In this document: in pieces, positions 51,101 through 54,088 of the stretch
How the letters are laid out: each line of letters begins with the position of its first letter
How positions within the stretch are numbered: position 1 is the stretch's first letter
DNA from: a virus
Lineage: Duplodnaviria > Caudoviricetes
Reading direction: 5' to 3' (one strand)
Length of the DNA stretch: 54,088 nucleotides
IMG/VR virus record: IMGVR_UViG_3300037264_002957
Span: 1-54,088 of that record
Notes under the pieces: generated by a model
The model's input: only the letters and a program-made list of their open reading frames with translations
Told to the model about the DNA's origin: nothing
The model's database searches: none
Program-made: the position numbers and the translations under genes

Positions 51101-54088
51101 GCCGACGTGCCGTGGCGTCCCGACCAATTGGAACAGGCCAATGGCCGCGGGTTCCGCCAAGGCAATGAGAACGTCGAGGTCGAGGAGATCCGATATGTCA
51201 CCGCCCGGACGTTTGACGCGTTCCGATGGGGTTTGCTGGCGATCAAGAACAACCAGATCACGAAGTTCTATCGGGGCGAACTGACCTCGTTTGACGACGT
51301 TGATACGACACAACTCGACTTGGAGGTAGCCGAGGCGGCGGCGACCGGCGATCCGCGGGCGATGGAAATGCTGGAACTTGAGCAGGAGGTGAAAGGGCTC
51401 AAGGCCCGCGAGTCGAGTTTCAAAAAGACCCAGCGCCGGACCAAACAAGAACTGGAGGAATTAAACCAGCGCTACAGCGCGATTGAGCGAGGAACCGATC
51501 GCATTGTTAAAGCGATCCGCGCGCTCAACGAGTGGTTCGGCGCATCCGGCATGACGTTCTATCGCACGCCAGAGTCTGATCTAGCCATGGGTGACGTGGG
51601 CACCACTGGGTCCATGGTGGCGCTCACAAAGGAGCGCGAAGAACGCGACGGCTATATCTTGACAAAGGAGCGGAAGGAGCCTGTCCTAGTTGATTGGAGC
51701 ACAAAGGAAGGCAAAGCGGCGTTCCAAGATTACATCGAGAAGCTCTTTGCGGGAATGCCAGACATGTACGGCGACACGACGATCGCCACAATAGGCCCCT
51801 TCTCACTTGCGGCGGCCCGCGTTAAAAGAACCAGAAGTAATCCTGACGGTACTGCGGGCAAGGACACAAGAGGTATTGGTCTCACGCTCTCTATCGATGG
51901 GGCCAACTGGCGGAGGACTTTTCCGGACTGGTATATCGACGATAAAGAGGCACCTGATTATCGGAGGAGCCTTAATTTCCACCTATCGGCTCAGAAACTG
52001 GAGGAGACAATCCAGCGCGAACTAGGGATGATGGGTCGGACCCGCGAGGCTATTAACCAGGCCGCCGCAATTTTGTCGAAGTCTTTCGGCCAAGCCGACG
52101 AACTCGCGGTCAAAGCCTGGCGGCTGCATATCCTCCGCGTCGAACTCGGCATGTCGAAGCTCAACGAGGCGCAGTCCATCGCGTCGAAGATCCACACCCT
52201 GGAACAGACGCTCGAAGATGGCTCGCTCGATAATGAGGAGTATCAAAAGGAGGTTAAGGGGCTGTGGGAGGTCGCTATCGGCAAGGGTATTGTCGATGAG
52301 GTGACGGAGGCCCTGAATAATTACCGCCGCGCGTGGGCCTCCAGGCCGGTCGCAGACGTAGACGATCTGGTGAGCCAACCGTCTGAGTCGGAAGGCTTGG
52401 GCGAGGATGAGGGAACGGGCTCGGCCGACAGCCGGCAGGCGCCGACGGCGCGTGGGGCCCAGCTCCCACCGGAACGCCCTGGCGATCCGCACCGTCCGTG
52501 GACCGGGAGCGGGTTCCGTCCGCCACAGCAGGGCATCATCGAAGGCCGTGCACAACCGACGAATTACGTCCCGCAAGTGACGTTGCCGATCGAGTTCCCG
52601 GAACTCGTCCGCCTCGCGCGTTTGCTGCACAAAGGCGGCGTGAGCTTGGTCAAGGGGTTCCGGAAGGCCGGCAAGATGGTCGAGGCTAACTCGATCTTGG
52701 GGATTCGTCTCCATGTCGATTTGTTTCGCCGCGGGAACGAACAGGAACTGGCGGCAGCGATCGCGCATGAGATTGGGCACGTCACCGACTGGTTGCCGCA
52801 TTACATGTTGCGCGGGAATCTCCTCGGCCGGCTACTGTCGCTGAAGGAGTTCCGGAAAGGCACCTTCACGGAAGCCGACGGGCACACGATCAAGGACGCT
52901 GAGATCCGGAAGGAACTCATACTGGTGTCGGCCGTCTGGCGCCCGTGGGATCCATCGACGGCGCCCGCCTCCTTCAAGCGGTATCGCAACAGCGGCGAGG
53001 AACTCTACGCCGACGCGATCTCGATGCTCTTTAACGACCCTGGCCAACTGAAGCGCCTAGCGCCGAAGTTCTATGAGGCCTTCTTCGAGCACCTCTATGA
53101 GAAGCCGGCGGTGCGCAAGGCGTACTTCGGTCTCATGGACCTGTTCTCGCAGGACGATCGGACTGAACTCGTGGCCCTCCGGCAGGAGAGCGTCGAGCGG
53201 ATGTCCTACGAGGGCGACATCAAAGAGCGCGAGATACAGAAAGGCCGTCTGGCGAGGGCCCGCGACCGGAGCCGTTTCGTGTGGGACCGCGTCGTGGGGA
53301 TGTTACGCAATAAGAACATTCCGATCATCAAGATGGAGAAGGCCGTCTTAAAGAGCGGAAAGACGCTGGAGGTCAAGCCGAGCAATCTGCTGTCCGAGCG
53401 GAACTACCTCATTGGCCGCATCAAGGCGGTGGTCGCGCGCGAGTTCCAGCCGATCTACGACATAGTCACCGAGATCAGCCAACGGCCGCCGGAACAGGCT
53501 TGGGCCGAGTTCCACTCGGCGCTGTTCTATGACCGGATCATCGAGGGCGATCGCGACAATGTCGGGAACCCGGATGGGATTCAACCGAAAGAGGCGGAAG
53601 AACTGCGTGAGCGGCTCGAAGCCTCGTGGACACCAGCGCAACGCCAGATTCTCACGCAGGCAAAGTCGAGTTTCCGGGCGTTTGTGCGGTCGATCGCGGT
53701 CGAGGCCTATCAGAACGGTCTGATCTCCGACGAGAACTTCGACAAGATCCTGAAGAATCCGGCGTATGCGACCTTCCGGTCGCTCGAGCACATGGAGGAC
53801 AGTGATCCGACCTTTATGATCTTCAAGCAGCGCGGAATGCTCGACGGCACCCAGAACGTGGCTGACGCGACGATCGCCAAGACGCTGGCCACGATTCTTG
53901 CCCTCGAGCACAACAAGGTGAAGGTCGGTGTTATCGACTTCATCCGGGAGAACTTCCCGACGCAGATCGCGCAGGCGAAAGAGGTTCGCGGACCTGGCGG
54001 CAAACTCCACGTGATCGAGCCGCCGCGGCACTCTAATCTCGTGACAGTCTACTACTACGACAAGGGGGTCCGGCGCGGCGTGAACGTG
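42107..54088 (+). CDS. giant polyvalent virion protein (2H phosphoesterase + DarB-like N6-MTase/SNF2 helicase + HExxH peptidase-like), 3'-incomplete
   Basis: Same frame at every checked point: HLT 44138 and HVT 44372; EPAIGTGHF 47267; NVPF 47468; HAVGTGKT 49391; DEAH 49961; HEIGH 52766. Absent from ORF track, consistent with no stop inside the window. Confidence 0.88.
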   Translation, partial: MPVKPFTPPRSTFRDLERRRRSPFDRRAEDEDPFAIVDVDFSDEPDDPLSEAMSDFFLNDTRTKPIEPFMRRKDPNPNPWDVESVSFDEEPDEDPVTARRLSSPVGSLRDAPLMNIDGTLADRIPQFKPTPRMEIPPEDPLAAPPLDPSVRRLEEMRQNRQVGRKPVGRVAPMPPEVPTSPYDVVSVEFDTPQTDRIAGRDQTWSEKAAGEVRTGANAFARAIIFGLPEVMIGVANLAAYNPALGNFGLAGKVFEDKVLNLKLAREDFAKLYPDSSDFQDQKARVEKEKNFIKKSIVVLSEPSMTVNAIAESIPLMIAGGLIGRGVAAGATKIPGLSASASERFAAFMARNAGPIGEGAVTTGSSSESIRQQTDTGFLTGGQAALAGLSGAGTTLVGAIGRKIAGRLGIEDIDSLVAGAALNPKAKTGLVKRVIAGIITEGSEELFQSVPEQVWSNVALGKPWTEGVDEAAIMGLITGGVMGGGANLPGPIKGTTAAEQRLRDLQKIDRLRGPRGIPIGTPPVAPPAPPVAPATPPVVPPPAPPGTGPTAPVVPPVAGARPFEEVKAEQQATYATIRLLEDRLKETTSEGRRDGLQLELTNIRRRYEDAYQELDNAGIASLPLRKMVEAQEPPPAPEERKYSSTQFDLPEPIAERVLAIGRNIPDIDLAEDGRETQPHLTIKWGLETDDAEEVRAILGKVKPFTVKLGRTAIFPNGESESGDVLKVNVSSGALMNLNAQIAKALKNADARPEYKPHVTIAYLKPGKGKAYVGDTSLLGTEILIDQITFSGKDGTTKVSIPLGTETSIEPTAAPPLPVPQGPQVPGIPDEPVAPPAPIPVPAPAPAPQPVAPPPSTEPVGIGRVTLAQIPPPIRATLGIGKLYGDLSDAELGALTQWSVGAMANQNRAIAGDGDRVNQEAENEIARRGKPPEYFFAQAEEAARPAPAPVAEPVPEPVAAPAPAPVPQTPAAPQTAEEKKAEIIRRLQEKQRAKASETPAAPPETTPVVPETEQPVVETKPAEPETPKGPIVLGPAPTKKPTQFKEIGTNALGQTLYENEYGVRSTVENGVRRAEPVLMIPTKGGVQIGVDRSREDRAQEWEPVQSPEQNQAPEVEVEEGRDEERNDMINTVRALLPPASIYGASVEDRLYGPQNKQERMNIASVLKMPGYTQKKPVGIGELMTALYQAFGVTGDSPIARSRALDAILLVSDQEETQDEDDRTPEELIKDASTTQERLDAAMAAQRERQGLSDDTAENLALQLGLMISTIQLSREDPKFIGAFLDAQTPDSLAKDLAILNDARADVAEAITARDEARDENTDIIDLRERLQDRDLLALEELFRRSLLVKSGQQSIFDAPEEEAPPAKAPTKKEQAQSAIDAERVANKAKRDAAVAKLKDKLRNQIHSGIDPEMVGLVVEIIDTYIKDGILKFKEAALAFQNDMPNARDFDEVFETAWAVSTGEEGQSVTAALGERKIGEESDAKPQRDDDGNRPAEPGDTGGPAVGDRDANAPDVEGAEPARPEGPRGSQDETASGDPGADTSARGPQEGAGPESGGDAVVGSGSGDRPAAVEAGAPDTEQEVAVAAARAADPINFSITETSDLTEGGWKSKLNDNLDALDLLMTIEKENRPATADEQVVLARYIGWGHTELAPVVDPRQAEALSKAPDKAEARKHLESILTDAELRELGESTVNAHYSFSDLPRAMWRMAQRMGFQSGIVVEPAIGTGHFFGTMPKDIMHHPATRLMGIDKEPIAARIARQLYQSANVQIGPLQEAQAPMNYGDLIISNVPFGKIPIFDPKFLGHDRQIVTRSIHNYYFGKALDMVRPGGLVMFVTSRYTMDERNDSIRQYLRKHGKLVAAFRLPQETFQKTAGTSVVADVIILQKRQEGEVPSESEPAWMASNERSIKHDGWAEDVNTNEYFLAHPTHVLGAETMNGKIAPTSAPQYTVEATEKTGVTPAQWDAIVAAVPENILTPRTGPVPILAPNTMKGTKEGSFVMQDGVLHVYQDGALVKSELPGKQQHRVKGFIKVRDAHTAVLDANLTNAGDDVLKAAQKKLTAEYEAFERQFGLLNSPSNAKLIRYDPNGPRVLSLEFVTKTKDGKYIKTGLARIFDRRVIRPLVEPTSADTPMDALAISLSWRGGVDLPFMQGLLNKAVPDDELAGGLAGGIVYGVKLTEAVQALEDKARRADLLKALAGKIYQDAQTDQWVPADQYLSGDVVTKLAQAEARGEGFEANVAALREIQPKRLESDEFSAPFGAPYIPIDLYTRFIYETMAAHRVDLRLFNTNQTKSFAVDIVGGRHEFLPTFPQGMTQIDVQQWVSDTLNNKLPTIWIGTGDDRVPAQDETEQYRESIKQLREAWDGWWTSDRDATERLTQLHNELFNREVQETFDGSHLVFPNASADITLRFWQKNAIWRVLAGGNAGIFHAVGTGKTFIGAGIAGEWKRLGRANKIMITVPNPVIDQWKTAYELLYPTARILVPTAEDFKAANRRKFVSSIANNDWDVILIGHSQYTRVSVSTQALAAFTEEQVGLLIADGAEQTGNSIEDFEGIVEQIETDPRAKFRYMGSRGSFSDSTKDIVRAILRLRTRLAKRTNQDAKDAAVTFEELGIDALIVDEAHAFKNLYFTTGMNGVAGVKPSESDRAIDMFLKTRMINTASNNRNLVFLTGTPVTNTMTEVYTSFRYLAQGALERLGLGAFDAWAAAYTSATSRMEPSPGGGYRERTRLRAWRNLRELSKLFRRFADVLTTSQVRALRDENNKPVLQLPNMKNGRATVITTEPHPMFEAFRRDLVARIAAIKAGSPLKDGRDNSLWITTDAGKAAVDLRLVDPAVEEDPNGRIPTIAKEVEKRYKMPSLRTDGSMETKGTQLVFLDIGVPPPEDLEPLPDHVLNAPDEEIEEEDDEDTAAEEDEVDEGDEFLAATAQFSTLYADIRDKLIAQGVKKDEIAFIHQARDRSELKKLYAAVNAGRIRVLIATRAKGGIGVNVQNKVVAIHHADVPWRPDQLEQANGRGFRQGNENVEVEEIRYVTARTFDAFRWGLLAIKNNQITKFYRGELTSFDDVDTTQLDLEVAEAAATGDPRAMEMLELEQEVKGLKARESSFKKTQRRTKQELEELNQRYSAIERGTDRIVKAIRALNEWFGASGMTFYRTPESDLAMGDVGTTGSMVALTKEREERDGYILTKERKEPVLVDWSTKEGKAAFQDYIEKLFAGMPDMYGDTTIATIGPFSLAAARVKRTRSNPDGTAGKDTRGIGLTLSIDGANWRRTFPDWYIDDKEAPDYRRSLNFHLSAQKLEETIQRELGMMGRTREAINQAAAILSKSFGQADELAVKAWRLHILRVELGMSKLNEAQSIASKIHTLEQTLEDGSLDNEEYQKEVKGLWEVAIGKGIVDEVTEALNNYRRAWASRPVADVDDLVSQPSESEGLGEDEGTGSADSRQAPTARGAQLPPERPGDPHRPWTGSGFRPPQQGIIEGRAQPTNYVPQVTLPIEFPELVRLARLLHKGGVSLVKGFRKAGKMVEANSILGIRLHVDLFRRGNEQELAAAIAHEIGHVTDWLPHYMLRGNLLGRLLSLKEFRKGTFTEADGHTIKDAEIRKELILVSAVWRPWDPSTAPASFKRYRNSGEELYADAISMLFNDPGQLKRLAPKFYEAFFEHLYEKPAVRKAYFGLMDLFSQDDRTELVALRQESVERMSYEGDIKEREIQKGRLARARDRSRFVWDRVVGMLRNKNIPIIKMEKAVLKSGKTLEVKPSNLLSERNYLIGRIKAVVAREFQPIYDIVTEISQRPPEQAWAEFHSALFYDRIIEGDRDNVGNPDGIQPKEAEELRERLEASWTPAQRQILTQAKSSFRAFVRSIAVEAYQNGLISDENFDKILKNPAYATFRSLEHMEDSDPTFMIFKQRGMLDGTQNVADATIAKTLATILALEHNKVKVGVIDFIRENFPTQIAQAKEVRGPGGKLHVIEPPRHSNLVTVYYYDKGVRRGVNV
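46545..46850 (+). CDS. overprinted TnpV-like ORF in +1 frame of giant gene
   Basis: SD ggggaggag 5 nt before ATG; TWKERSPR...AAGMPWWEAEAEIAPLLW. Confidence 0.55.
   Translation: MPSRSVMMTETDQPSPVTPEDPLSGIETRMLQTWKERSPRVRKAHEDPKTRLQVETLVRTRALAAHKKGLDLRAAGMPWWEAEAEIAPLLWRPALQTPSKK

Overview
GC-rich segment of a tailed phage (or prophage) with a P22-type podovirus virion module. Left to right: (i) 1-5.3 kb, densely packed small 'early' genes with sigma70-like promoters and terminators, ending in a SpoVG-like gene; (ii) a C-tract and strand-composition switch near 6.0 kb; (iii) 6.3-11.1 kb, small accessory genes including a PD-(D/E)xK nuclease-like ORF and an HNH endonuclease; (iv) 11.1-14.9 kb, an RNA island: 10 tRNA or tRNA-like genes interrupted by a promoter-driven array of three Y-RNA-like ncRNAs (shared stem motifs TACTG / GC(T)TACATG / CGACT, two carrying differently permuted tRNA mimics). 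The array lies directly upstream of a divergent TROVE(Ro60)-vWA gene, its coiled-coil partner and a fragment of a canonical Ro60/Rsr gene; (v) 15-19 kb, small genes and structured leaders; (vi) 19.4-42.1 kb, portal, scaffold, coat, decoration, gp4/gp10-like tail proteins, two fibre-like proteins, a glycosyltransferase and methyltransferase, and ejection proteins; (vii) 42.1 kb to the window end, a giant (>3,900 aa, 3'-incomplete) polyvalent virion protein with 2H-phosphoesterase (Acb1-like), DarB-like N6-methyltransferase/SNF2 helicase and HExxH domains, containing an overprinted TnpV-like ORF. No terminase, integrase, polymerase or lysin gene was recognised in the window. All family calls come from motif recognition by eye, not database searches.
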